Assembly (NCBI GenBank): GCA_046482545.1
Contig: JAWOEX010000039.1
Location: 1-64,000, forward strand
DNA from: Candidatus Thorarchaeota archaeon
GTDB taxonomy: Archaea > Asgardarchaeota > Thorarchaeia > Thorarchaeales > Thorarchaeaceae
DNA length: 64,000 nt
Direction: 5' to 3'
In this document: one piece after another, positions 48,430 to 57,546 of the stretch
How the letters are laid out: each line of letters opens with the position of its first letter
How positions within the stretch are numbered: position 1 is the stretch's first letter
Translations under genes and position numbers: made by a program
The notes under the pieces: generated by a model
The model's database searches: none
The model's input: the letters and a program-made list of their open reading frames with translations, nothing else
Told to the model about the DNA's origin: nothing

Positions 48430-49764
48430 TCATTCAGTTAGGAATGAGAACCGTCGGGGGCTGCTTTGGTAAACCATTATTGCTGCAACAAGGAGCAAAA
48501 TCAATGTGACAATTAAGGGGAGATTATCTGAGTATTCTATAACAAAGGCGGTTGCAAGCGTCCCCGTCATGAGACCGGTGAAATTAATCGCAGCACTCGT
48601 GTTACCTGACTTGCGGAGGGTTCGTACCACATTTACGTAACCAACAACGCCTACAGCGATGAAAGCGAGCAAAACGGGAAACAGATTATCGTACACCCAT
48701 CTCCCGTTTTTCACATATTCGTTTCCCAAGATAATCATGATTGACATGAATACAAGTACAGCTCTTCTCGCATATTTCCTGAATTCTGCGGACATTAATG
48801 GCTGAAAGGCTATCAGAACGTATGCGCCTGCCGCAAGCACACCAATTACCCATTCTAGATAAAGGAGATTCCAATCGTTGTAGCCGTAAGTCTGGAATAT
48901 TCCAAAGTAAATAGTGTGGTTTGCAATCAGTAGCGCGAGTCCAATCAGAAGAGCTGAGATATAACCCGGAATCTTGGCTCCCGTTTCCATAAACTCCTCA
49001 ACAAAGAAATCGGTTGCGCCAATAGCGGACAGCGATGCGATGAGAGCGAAAATAGTAAACAACCATATTTCATAATCACCCGCTAGGAATGCCGCACCAA
49101 ATATGGACATGCCGATAGTAATTGCCAAGAAGAAAATGAGCAAAGTAATCATTCTTCTCCAAGGTTTTAGCATGGCACTAAGAATGGCAGCATCTATCAG
49201 TGCAGGAAGATAGATAATCAAAAAGTACTCAGGATTTCGTTGTACAATTCCTGTGATTATGGAGAACCAAGAAAACAAGAAAGCACCAAGCAATACTAAC
49301 GTTCCCGCGGAGAACGGCGAGGGTGAATCCCATAGTAGGTAGCATGATAACACTAATGCGACAGCTGCAGAAACATATAGTGCAAACCCTAAGATAGGGG
49401 ATATCTCTGTAGGGCTCGTGAGAGCAACCAAAATTGCCCCGCCGGAAGCTATGACACCAGTTGCATATGTTGCATAATGAATCTTTTTTTCATCAGTAAT
49501 CACCTGCACCAGAGAGACAATGAAGAATACAAAAAAGAGAATAACCCATGGCCTGGTGGCAATGGTTCCGGTATAGAATGCCGAAGTAATAGCCATTCCG
49601 GCAAGAGAGACTCCGGCACCCCCAAACAATATGAGAGCGTATAACGTGTCGGAGCTAACTTGTTCTCTTATACTTAGAACTGATCGGCCATAGATAATCA
49701 GTGAGGAGCCAAGAAATACAGATGTGGCAAGTGCTGCGATGAAAGTTGCAACTGTGAAATCCAT
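48430..49764 (-). CDS. Polytopic membrane protein (~15 TM), paralog B
   Basis: About 15 hydrophobic helices; AGGAGGT RBS; starts 1 nt after paralog A stop. Confidence 0.85.
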   Translation of the reverse strand: MDFTVATFIAALATSVFLGSSLIIYGRSVLSIREQVSSDTLYALILFGGAGVSLAGMAITSAFYTGTIATRPWVILFFVFFIVSLVQVITDEKKIHYATYATGVIASGGAILVALTSPTEISPILGFALYVSAAVALVLSCYLLWDSPSPFSAGTLVLLGAFLFSWFSIITGIVQRNPEYFLIIYLPALIDAAILSAMLKPWRRMITLLIFFLAITIGMSIFGAAFLAGDYEIWLFTIFALIASLSAIGATDFFVEEFMETGAKIPGYISALLIGLALLIANHTIYFGIFQTYGYNDWNLLYLEWVIGVLAAGAYVLIAFQPLMSAEFRKYARRAVLVFMSIMIILGNEYVKNGRWVYDNLFPVLLAFIAVGVVGYVNVVRTLRKSGNTSAAINFTGLMTGTLATAFVIEYSDNLPLIVTLILLLVAAIMVYQSSPRRFSFLTE

Positions 49765-49765
49765 T

Positions 49766-51112
49766 CTACACGACCTCCTTAAGACTTAGCCCTTTTGGAC
49801 GATAGGGACTTGCTACCACTAGCATGAGTCCAGGAATGACAAGGAGAATCAGTGTAAGAGGGAACGGAAAACGGTCGGAAAACATTGCGACAATACCAAC
49901 GCTCAGAGATGCAAAACTGAAAAGAATAAACCGTGAAGCCGCACCTCCAGAACCTGCTCGTCTTAATTTGTATGCAACCACAAAGAAACCGATAATACCT
50001 GCGGCTATGAGAAATGACAATGGTATGTAAAGCGGAGAAAGCTGATATCGGCCGTCGGATACAAATGGATGGCCGAGAGCAAGCAACGCAGTCCCACCAA
50101 AAATTAAACCGTCAATAATCAGATTTGTTATTCGTTCACTGTATAGCAGGGAGATAGAAGAAAGAGTAAACGAAATCACCGCAACCACTCCGATAATCCA
50201 GTCAACATATAGGAGATTGAGATCCCATGCCCCTTGTTCAACCGCAATAGACCAGGCATTCGAATGAGTTATCGCCAGCAGTGCAACAGAAATGAGAGTA
50301 AACGAGACATATAGCGGGGTTCTTGTGCCTGTATCGACCGCCTGCTTGATGAAATAGTTCAATGGAAAGACACATGCAAGACCCGCGAATACTGCACAAA
50401 TAACGTAAGGCCATATGAAGATATCACCAGCAATAATCGCAGGTATGATAAGAGCAATCGCTGTCACAATTCCCAACAAAGTGAGAAACACTGTGACAAT
50501 AAGACGCCAGGGCTTTAGAATCGTTCCTAGGACGGCTGCAGTAAGAAGAAGAGGTGCAGACTCCATCATGAAATATTCCGGATAAGCAGGAACATCGCCC
50601 AAGTTTGCAGACAATAAGGTCCCCACAAAGATGATAATCAAGACAACTATAGAGCCGGTGAACGGTGATGGACTTTCCTTCAGAAGATATATGCCAAGTG
50701 CGGCAGCCGAAACTAGCAAAGAGCCAAGACCCGCAATGAGAGCGATAGGAGTCAGTTCTCTTTGTGTGCGAAGCAAAGTCTCTACAATCACTGTGAATGC
50801 AACAAGAAATGCTGCACTCACTCCAATCCTGAGGGTTGTTAAGGATTCAGCGTACAAGTATAGCTCTGAAGTGATCAGCGAACTGAGGAATGCTGTGAGC
50901 CACACGGGAACTAACGCAGGATAGACTATTGCTTGTATAGGGACTAAACCTAAGAAGACTCCACTTATTCCGAAAGCTACTAACGATCTTTTCGTGTTCT
51001 GGGTAAGCGTATGATAAATAGAACGCAGCCGATTTCCAAAAACTATAACTGAAGCAATAAGGACTGCAAAGGAAACAGCCCCACTAAGATACAATGTCAG
51101 CATGAAATCCAA
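49766..51112 (-). CDS. Polytopic membrane protein (~15 TM), paralog A
   Basis: Start reassigned to TTG 51112 (MDFMLTL, matching MDFTVAT of paralog B; GGCGGTG RBS); shares SPSPF, PEYF, LKPWR, NLLY..W.IGV with paralog B. Confidence 0.85.
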   Translation of the reverse strand: MDFMLTLYLSGAVSFAVLIASVIVFGNRLRSIYHTLTQNTKRSLVAFGISGVFLGLVPIQAIVYPALVPVWLTAFLSSLITSELYLYAESLTTLRIGVSAAFLVAFTVIVETLLRTQRELTPIALIAGLGSLLVSAAALGIYLLKESPSPFTGSIVVLIIIFVGTLLSANLGDVPAYPEYFMMESAPLLLTAAVLGTILKPWRLIVTVFLTLLGIVTAIALIIPAIIAGDIFIWPYVICAVFAGLACVFPLNYFIKQAVDTGTRTPLYVSFTLISVALLAITHSNAWSIAVEQGAWDLNLLYVDWIIGVVAVISFTLSSISLLYSERITNLIIDGLIFGGTALLALGHPFVSDGRYQLSPLYIPLSFLIAAGIIGFFVVAYKLRRAGSGGAASRFILFSFASLSVGIVAMFSDRFPFPLTLILLVIPGLMLVVASPYRPKGLSLKEVV

Positions 51113-51128
51113 ATCAAACACCGCCTTC

Positions 51129-51503
51129 CTAGCGCCACAAATCTCCGATTTCTTTTCCTCTCTTTTGAACAACCCGTTCAATGCTATCTTCAATATCATT
51201 GACTGAAACCGAATCACTTGACATGACGGCTTTTAGTGCATCTTCAGTCTCCCGTTCTGTATCGCCCTCACAGATGATTACATAATCATCAATTTGACAA
51301 TACCCAACTACTCCCCCTTCAGACTTCATGAACATCGGTGCGGACGGATTGGAGGAATTGTTCCTTTCGAGTGCATGAGATACAAGTTGGATTATCCCTG
51401 TCAGCTTCGCTATCCGTTCTTCGTCCGGATCTGTGGCAGGATGAACAACTTCAAAATCCATCTGATCCAAATCTACCCGAGCCATCAATCGTAGGACCAT
51501 CAT
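51129..51503 (-). CDS. Small alpha/beta protein, possibly longin/roadblock-like
   Basis: 124 aa with predicted beta-beta-alpha-beta-beta-beta-alpha-alpha pattern; ATGA overlap with upstream gene. Confidence 0.7.
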   Translation of the reverse strand: MMVLRLMARVDLDQMDFEVVHPATDPDEERIAKLTGIIQLVSHALERNNSSNPSAPMFMKSEGGVVGYCQIDDYVIICEGDTERETEDALKAVMSSDSVSVNDIEDSIERVVQKRGKEIGDLWR

Positions 51504-51790
51504 TTAGTTCCCCCAAAAGTTTTCTTAACCCATTCAATTTCAGATGGTTTTTCTTGTCCGGTTGTCTTGGATGTACCGGATCTCACTGGAACCATAACGT
51601 CCCGGACACCTAGTTTGCCACCGTTCATGTAAAGAGTTACAAGAAGCTCATGCCCTTCAGAGCAGTTGACAATCATAGTAGGCGATCTCCCCTCCTCTGT
51701 TATCCGCTTCTTGACATCCTCAGCTTCGGCTTCTTCCATTTCTACTGTAGCAGGTTTTTTACACTCGGGACATTGGAAAACGATATGCAG
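51500..51790 (-). CDS. Small Zn-binding protein (CxxC...CxxxH), probable CTG start
   Basis: Frame upstream of the ORF-track ATG (51739) encodes HIVFQCPECKK; no ATG/GTG/TTG before the upstream in-frame stop; GAGGAGTG lies 8 nt before CTG at 51790; second half-site CSEGH. Confidence 0.72.
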   Translation of the reverse strand: MHIVFQCPECKKPATVEMEEAEAEDVKKRITEEGRSPTMIVNCSEGHELLVTLYMNGGKLGVRDVMVPVRSGTSKTTGQEKPSEIEWVKKTFGGTK

Positions 51791-51890
51791 GTCGGTTACA
51801 CTCCTCTTATCCTGTTGAGAGGAGAGGGAGCAGGCAGGCTTGATTAAGCTTATGTGGCTGGATGCATGTTTACAGAGCTAGGTACTTCAT

Positions 51891-52901
51891 ATGTCCTCAG
51901 GTATTTTCGATACAATAGTAATTGGCGGTGGTCCAGCTGGATGTTCGGCAGGATTGCATCTAGCATATCACGACAGATCAGTGCTCATCCTAGACCGGGG
52001 CACATCACCCATGCATTTCCATACTAACAGCATCATGAATTTTGCTTCTGAGGGGACCTACCATGAAGGAAGGTCCTTGCTCAGAAAGCTACAGGGGGTT
52101 GCTACCTCAGCCGGTGCGGAGTACAAGGCAGGAAATGTAGTTGAAGTCTCCGGAGAGTATCCGAACTTCACAGTTAGGACAAAACCCAGCTACAGAACCC
52201 GTAATGAGAATGAATATCATTCAAAAACCCTGATTTTTGCAACTGGTACTGCCCGCAAGCATCCCAAAGTTGATGGAAGATGGAAAAAGTGGCTGCCTGT
52301 CGCCAACGTAGGAAACGCCGCTTTCTATTGTCCTGATTGTGAAGCTCCTTTGTGCAAAGATAAGGATGTACTTGTAGTAAATACAGGAACCACAGGAAGC
52401 GCGTTACATGTGGCACATGCAATAACGAGGTTTACTGACAAAGTCAGGATACTGATGACAGAGGACGCCTATATGCCATTCGAGGAGCAGGATTTGTCCA
52501 AACTGGATGATAGCCCGTTTGAGTGGACGCATGGAAAAATCAAAGAGATGGACTTCCCCCTTCCCGGCAATGTTCAGCGGATAGTTCTTGAGAGTGGTGA
52601 GACACTCCGCTCAGAGGTCTTCTTCGTAGCTCACGTGGCAGAGCCAAGATCAGAGCTTGCAGTTGAGCTTGGTGTGGAAGTTGGTGAGAACGGAAATATC
52701 CTGACAGATAAACGGGGAAAAACAAACATGGAAGGCGTTTGGGCTGCGGGTGATGTACGGCCGATTACTCAGCAAGTATCCATGGCAACGGGCACAGGAA
52801 ACTATGCAGCTTTGATGATTAACCAATTTCTAGGGAATGAATTCGAGAAAGAAGAGCAATTCGATCATCCAGATTGCAGAGAAATTGTTCATCTCTACTA
52901 G
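51891..52901 (+). CDS. Thioredoxin reductase-like FAD-dependent oxidoreductase
   Basis: IGGGPAG, FATG, FYCPDCE, WAAGDV. Confidence 0.85.
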   Translation: MSSGIFDTIVIGGGPAGCSAGLHLAYHDRSVLILDRGTSPMHFHTNSIMNFASEGTYHEGRSLLRKLQGVATSAGAEYKAGNVVEVSGEYPNFTVRTKPSYRTRNENEYHSKTLIFATGTARKHPKVDGRWKKWLPVANVGNAAFYCPDCEAPLCKDKDVLVVNTGTTGSALHVAHAITRFTDKVRILMTEDAYMPFEEQDLSKLDDSPFEWTHGKIKEMDFPLPGNVQRIVLESGETLRSEVFFVAHVAEPRSELAVELGVEVGENGNILTDKRGKTNMEGVWAAGDVRPITQQVSMATGTGNYAALMINQFLGNEFEKEEQFDHPDCREIVHLY

Positions 52902-52918
52902 GCCAAGGAGACTAAGAA

Positions 52919-54229
52919 ATGCCAGATGGTGAAGACAGACCTAATGTCGTAATCTTCACCAGTCATGATTCAGGAACGCAATTCGGTTGCTATGGAGCCC
53001 CTGTAGAAACCCCCGAAGTTGATGAGGTAGCAAAGGAAGGAGTGGTGTTCACAAACAACTTCTGTACAGCTCCACAATGCACCCCGTCACGGGGTAGCAT
53101 CATGACTGGAAAATATCCTCATAGTAATGGTCTGATGGGTCTGGTCAACTACGGCTGGAAGCTCCCACCCAAAAACACGACTTTGCCTGATATCTTCAAG
53201 AAAGCGGGTTATTCAACTCATCTCATAGGGCTGCAGCATGAGACAAATGACCCGTGTAAACTTGGATATGAAGAAGTGAGTAATCGCACAGATTTTCCGT
53301 ATCTGGCCCAAACTGTGGTCCCTAAGGCTGAAGATTTCTTCGAAGAAATGAGAGATGCGAAAAAACCATTCATGGCTTCAGTAGGTGTTTTTGAAACCCA
53401 CAGACCGTTTCCCCACTTCGAGAAGGATGATGGCCTTGCTAATCTCCCATCATTCCTCCTTTCTCACCCAAGAATGAAGAGGGATTTCACCAGATTCAAG
53501 AAATCTTTGAGGGCACTTGATGAAGCAGTTGGTGACGTGTGGAAATCTATTGAAGAGAATGACTTGAAGAATGATACGCTGTTCATATTTACTGTTGATC
53601 ATGGCATTGCATTCCCACGAGCAAAATGCACGTTGTATGACCCAGGCATCAGAACAGCTCTCATCATGGTTTGGCCTGAAAAGCTTCGAGCTGGGCGTAG
53701 AATTGAACAGATGGTATCCAACGTTGACATCCTTCCAACTCTTTGTGAGCTTCTCGATGTGCCAAGGCCTGAAGAAGTCGAGGGGAAGAGCTACACATCG
53801 TTGGTTCTTGACCAGGAATCTGCAGGACGTGAGTTCATCCACGCCGAGCTGACATACCACGACATTGGCTATAATCCAATGCGGGGCATCCGCAGCAAAC
53901 GGTACAAGTACATCAAGAATCTTGAGGAACTTCCGTTTCTATTTGAAATGCCCGATGATATCCGCACCTCAGATTCTGGAGAAGCTTTCCTTGAAGCTTT
54001 TGGGAAAGACAAGTACAACCAACCTCGTCCGGAAGAAGAGCTCTATGATCTTGCCGAAGATCCTCTCGAAAGAAATAATCTTGCAGATAATCCTGAATAC
54101 GCAGAGACCAAACAACGGCTCAAAAAGGAAACTCTCGATTGGATGAAGCGAACTGGTGATCCTGTTCTTGACGGAAAAATAGAAGCAGACGAAAATAAGC
54201 AAGCTTCTCTGTTCTACGAGGTTATCTAG
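52919..54229 (+). CDS. Formylglycine-dependent sulfatase (Cys-type)
   Basis: RPNVV, CTPSRGSIMTG (CxPxR), DHG, ELYDL..DP.E..NL. Confidence 0.93.
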   Translation: MPDGEDRPNVVIFTSHDSGTQFGCYGAPVETPEVDEVAKEGVVFTNNFCTAPQCTPSRGSIMTGKYPHSNGLMGLVNYGWKLPPKNTTLPDIFKKAGYSTHLIGLQHETNDPCKLGYEEVSNRTDFPYLAQTVVPKAEDFFEEMRDAKKPFMASVGVFETHRPFPHFEKDDGLANLPSFLLSHPRMKRDFTRFKKSLRALDEAVGDVWKSIEENDLKNDTLFIFTVDHGIAFPRAKCTLYDPGIRTALIMVWPEKLRAGRRIEQMVSNVDILPTLCELLDVPRPEEVEGKSYTSLVLDQESAGREFIHAELTYHDIGYNPMRGIRSKRYKYIKNLEELPFLFEMPDDIRTSDSGEAFLEAFGKDKYNQPRPEEELYDLAEDPLERNNLADNPEYAETKQRLKKETLDWMKRTGDPVLDGKIEADENKQASLFYEVI

Positions 54230-54241
54230 GGAGTCAGAAAA

Positions 54242-55324
54242 TTGTGGCCTTTTCAATTACTGGTTAAACCAGTGTCTGGAAGCTGCAATCTCAGGTGTGA
54301 TTACTGTTTCTATCTTGATGTCCCTAACCGCTGCTATCCCGATGCAAAGGAAACTGTGATGTCAGATCATATCCTTCGCAAATTGGTACGAAGTTACTTG
54401 AAATTAGGTTTCAGCACTAGCGTATTCTCCTGGCAAGGCGGCGAACCAACGCTTGCTGGACTTGATTTCTTCAAAAAAGCAGTAAGACTTGAGACTGAGT
54501 TTGGAAACAAGGGTCAGAGAATCGGTAATGCGTTACAGACCAATGGCACTAGAATTGATCGGGGGTGGGCGGAGTTCTTGGCGAAGTACAGATTTCTCGT
54601 AGGACTGAGTATTGATGGTCCAAAAGACATTCATGATTCAGCAAGAGGCGAAGGTTCATGGAGTAAAGCAATAGATTGCGCCGATTTGCTCAGGCAATAC
54701 GGAATAAAATTCAATATTCTCACGGTTGTGCATCAGGGCAATGTAACAAAAGCTCGCGAAATCTATCAATTTCATAGGCAACAGGATTTCAAGAATCTTC
54801 AATTCATTCCAGCAGTCGATGTCAATTCCGAGACCGGGAAACTGAAGAAGCATTCGATTAAATCAAAAGATTATGGGAAATTCCTCTGCAACCTATTTGA
54901 CCAGTGGATGGAATCCGGGGACAAGAATAGTGTAAGTATCCGCCTGTTCGATGCGATATTTGAGAATCTAGCCTCTACCAAGGCAAGTTCACTATGTACA
55001 GTATCAGAGCAATGTGGTAGGTATCTTGTTGTTGAGCACAACGGCGATATCTACTCCTGCGATTTTTTCGTCTATCCCGAGCACCTGCTTGGTAATCTAA
55101 ATGACACTACATGGAAAGAATTGTTTGAGCGGAGAAGCAATTTTGAGGAGCAAAAAGTTGCTTCAGAAAAAGCATGTGGGACTTGTCCCTGGTGGGATCT
55201 GTGTCACGGTGGCTGTCCCAAGAATAGACTCAGCAGCAATCGTACGCACCTTTGTCAAGGCTATAGAATGTTCTTTTCACATATCCAAAATTGGTTTGAA
55301 ACTATAGGACATTCCCTCGATTAA
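54242..55324 (+). CDS. Anaerobic sulfatase maturase (radical SAM/SPASM)
   Basis: KPVSGSCNLRCDYCFY, WQGGEPTL, QTNG, GDIYSCDFFV, C..C.....C.GGCPK; adjacent to sulfatase. Confidence 0.92.
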   Translation: MWPFQLLVKPVSGSCNLRCDYCFYLDVPNRCYPDAKETVMSDHILRKLVRSYLKLGFSTSVFSWQGGEPTLAGLDFFKKAVRLETEFGNKGQRIGNALQTNGTRIDRGWAEFLAKYRFLVGLSIDGPKDIHDSARGEGSWSKAIDCADLLRQYGIKFNILTVVHQGNVTKAREIYQFHRQQDFKNLQFIPAVDVNSETGKLKKHSIKSKDYGKFLCNLFDQWMESGDKNSVSIRLFDAIFENLASTKASSLCTVSEQCGRYLVVEHNGDIYSCDFFVYPEHLLGNLNDTTWKELFERRSNFEEQKVASEKACGTCPWWDLCHGGCPKNRLSSNRTHLCQGYRMFFSHIQNWFETIGHSLD

Positions 55325-55394
55325 CTTTCAAATCATTGGTACAAAACGATTGATTTATTAAGTTGGATTCACTTAACGATAGTGAATTAACCAT

Positions 55395-55886
55395 ATGAGG
55401 TGGAAAGGTTTGTCGAACCAACAAAAACTAACAACAATACTCGAAAGCCAGATTGAGGTAGAAAAACACGCACTGGAAGAGCTCTCAGAATATGAGGGTG
55501 GGGCCAAACAAGCGGTTGTGCGTTTGGTATTCCTGTTCATGCGCCTCGATACATGGAAACACCAGAAGTTCCTAGAGGGTGTCTTGGAAATGCTCGACGA
55601 AACTCCGTGCGACCAATGGAGCGCAAAGGCTGACCGCTATACTGAGCGCATCCAGCTTGATAGACGCCTCCAGTCTTTATTGGAACAAGAGAAACAAATG
55701 ACAGAATATCTGAAAGGCGCAATTGAAGAAATGGATAATCCGGTAGGCAAGAAGCTGCTGACTCATCTCCGGGAAGATGAGAAGAGGCATCAGAAGGATA
55801 TCAAGGATCTTGTGACCCTTGTAAAGCAGTATCCACTGCAGCCAAAGAAGGCCGAGAAAGGCAGTGATATCACCTGTGAAGAATAG
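55395..55886 (+). CDS. Ferritin-like protein
   Basis: QIEVE...DTWKH and EQE...EDEKRH motifs. Confidence 0.75.
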   Translation: MRWKGLSNQQKLTTILESQIEVEKHALEELSEYEGGAKQAVVRLVFLFMRLDTWKHQKFLEGVLEMLDETPCDQWSAKADRYTERIQLDRRLQSLLEQEKQMTEYLKGAIEEMDNPVGKKLLTHLREDEKRHQKDIKDLVTLVKQYPLQPKKAEKGSDITCEE

Positions 55887-55901
55887 TACCTCTAATGGAG
55901 T

Positions 55902-56393
55902 GTGACTAATGTGTCAAATCTAGAAGATGTGCAGGAGGGATGCCCCACCTGCACCAACTACATCAAATCAATGAATCCACGATATAGAGGAATGTACAAT
56001 AGAACACGAGAAAGATATCAACTTGATACAGAAGCAGTTGAGAAGCTAAAGGAGTATGCTGACGCCTATACTCTTGTCGTTCTATTCGCGGATTGGTGCG
56101 GCGACGCAAGGAAAGCCGTACCGGTCCTTTCTCTCCTTGAGGACGAAATAGGGCTGGAAATCAAGGCTCTTGGGGGGATGGAGAAACCAAAGAGGCGATC
56201 TGACAAGCACTGGGCAGTTCCTCCAAGTCCGGAAGAAGTTGAAATCCTTGATATTACCAGCAGTCCCACCATAATCATTTTCGATGAAAGGGGCGAAGAA
56301 GTTGATAGAATCAGAACAAGACCTCGAATCACTCCTACGATTGAAGAAGAAATCCTTACCATCATTGAACGTGACCGCGGATTAAACAAGTAA
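55902..56393 (+). CDS. Thioredoxin-fold protein (monothiol WCGDA) with N-terminal CPTC
   Basis: FADWCGDARKAVP, cis-Pro SSPTIII. Confidence 0.8.
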   Translation: MTNVSNLEDVQEGCPTCTNYIKSMNPRYRGMYNRTRERYQLDTEAVEKLKEYADAYTLVVLFADWCGDARKAVPVLSLLEDEIGLEIKALGGMEKPKRRSDKHWAVPPSPEEVEILDITSSPTIIIFDERGEEVDRIRTRPRITPTIEEEILTIIERDRGLNK

Positions 56394-56482
56394 CATCCAT
56401 TGGATATCAAACCTTCTGAGCAGCTGTGCCATTATTGCTTTGGAGATACTAGAGCTTTCACAGAAGACGGTCAACGGATGAT

Positions 56483-57358
56483 TTAGAAATCAGGTTTCAT
56501 CGAATTTAGAATGATTCTGGGCCCCTCCAAACACAGAGCCACAGGCATGTGAAGAGTATCAAAATCTATTCCAATTTCCCCAGTTGAATCAACTATGATA
56601 AGACCGGCCTGACCAGCAGTTTTTTCTCTCAGGATACATACTGACTTATCAGCCGCATCAGCAGGTGACATTCCGTTTTCCACATATGAGACTGCCATTC
56701 TCGCCATGCACAAACGCAGAATCTGTTCCCCCTTCCCGGTACAAGCAACTCCTGCAGCCTCGTTTGCATAAACACCGCTTCCAATTATTGGTGTATCACC
56801 CACTCTGCCGGGTAACATGCCGGGCCAACCGCTCGTCGAAGATCCTACGGCTATTCTCCCATGCTTGTCAACAGCTATACACCCGACGGTGTCGCAGGGC
56901 TCTGCTAGTGGCGGTAGCTTGGATTCTCCGGCTGTCTCTTCCCCTCTATAGCCGTCGGTTATCATCTTGCCATAGAGCTTTTTCGCTCCCTCACCAGCTA
57001 CTTGAGTGACAGGGGTCCGATCCAGAACATATCTCGCCAAGGATATAGGGTGCAGGACATCACTTACAGCCATAACAGCTCCACTCTCAAGACGATGTCC
57101 GTCCATGATTATTGCATCCAACTCAACGACACCTTCACTGTTCTTACAACCACCTTTTCCTGCGGTGAAAAGATCTGTTTCTTCCAAAAGCCATATGGCT
57201 GATTCAATAGCATCAATTGGCGACCCGCCTGAGTCAAGAACACACATGCCCCGTTCTGCTGCTTTGGAAACTGCCTCAAGCACAGCACTGTGTGACTTCT
57301 TCTTGAAAGTGGTAGCTCCGCCATGGACAAGTACAACGGGAAGGCTCAGTTCAGACAC
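56483..57358 (-). CDS. Isoaspartyl peptidase/L-asparaginase (Ntn hydrolase)
   Basis: VHGGA, ELDAIIMDG, DTVGC (Thr nucleophile), GRVGDTP, TGKGE. Confidence 0.92.
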   Translation of the reverse strand: MSELSLPVVLVHGGATTFKKKSHSAVLEAVSKAAERGMCVLDSGGSPIDAIESAIWLLEETDLFTAGKGGCKNSEGVVELDAIIMDGHRLESGAVMAVSDVLHPISLARYVLDRTPVTQVAGEGAKKLYGKMITDGYRGEETAGESKLPPLAEPCDTVGCIAVDKHGRIAVGSSTSGWPGMLPGRVGDTPIIGSGVYANEAAGVACTGKGEQILRLCMARMAVSYVENGMSPADAADKSVCILREKTAGQAGLIIVDSTGEIGIDFDTLHMPVALCLEGPRIILNSMKPDF

Positions 57359-57412
57359 CGAGACTTCTGTGTCTCCGTTAGTTCAAAAATCTATGCGAAA
57401 TTAGCACGTCAC

Positions 57413-57532
57413 CATCTGTAATGATGAAGCCGCGGAGAATCTGAGGGATGTGATCCTTGCGAAGGGGGCCTCATATTTGCCGCAGCGGACTTGTCAGGAT
57501 GATGATTTCCTGAACAGCGATATTCTGATGAA
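57413..57532 (+). ncRNA. Candidate structured K-turn/box C/D-type ncRNA
   Basis: ATGATGA at 57421 and 57499; CTGA at 57441, 57510 and 57525; terminal ctgt/acag stem; internal hairpins. Confidence 0.5.
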
Positions 57533-57546
57533 GCGAAATGTGGAGT

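Noticed and set aside
51113-51217. N-terminal extension of the membrane protein given by the ORF track
   Set aside because: Overlaps the upstream gene; TTG at 51112 has an RBS and matches the paralog's N-terminus.
57525-57538. CTGATGA-agc-GAAA resembles a hammerhead ribozyme core
   Set aside because: No stem II, and I could not build stems I and III with a proper NUH site.
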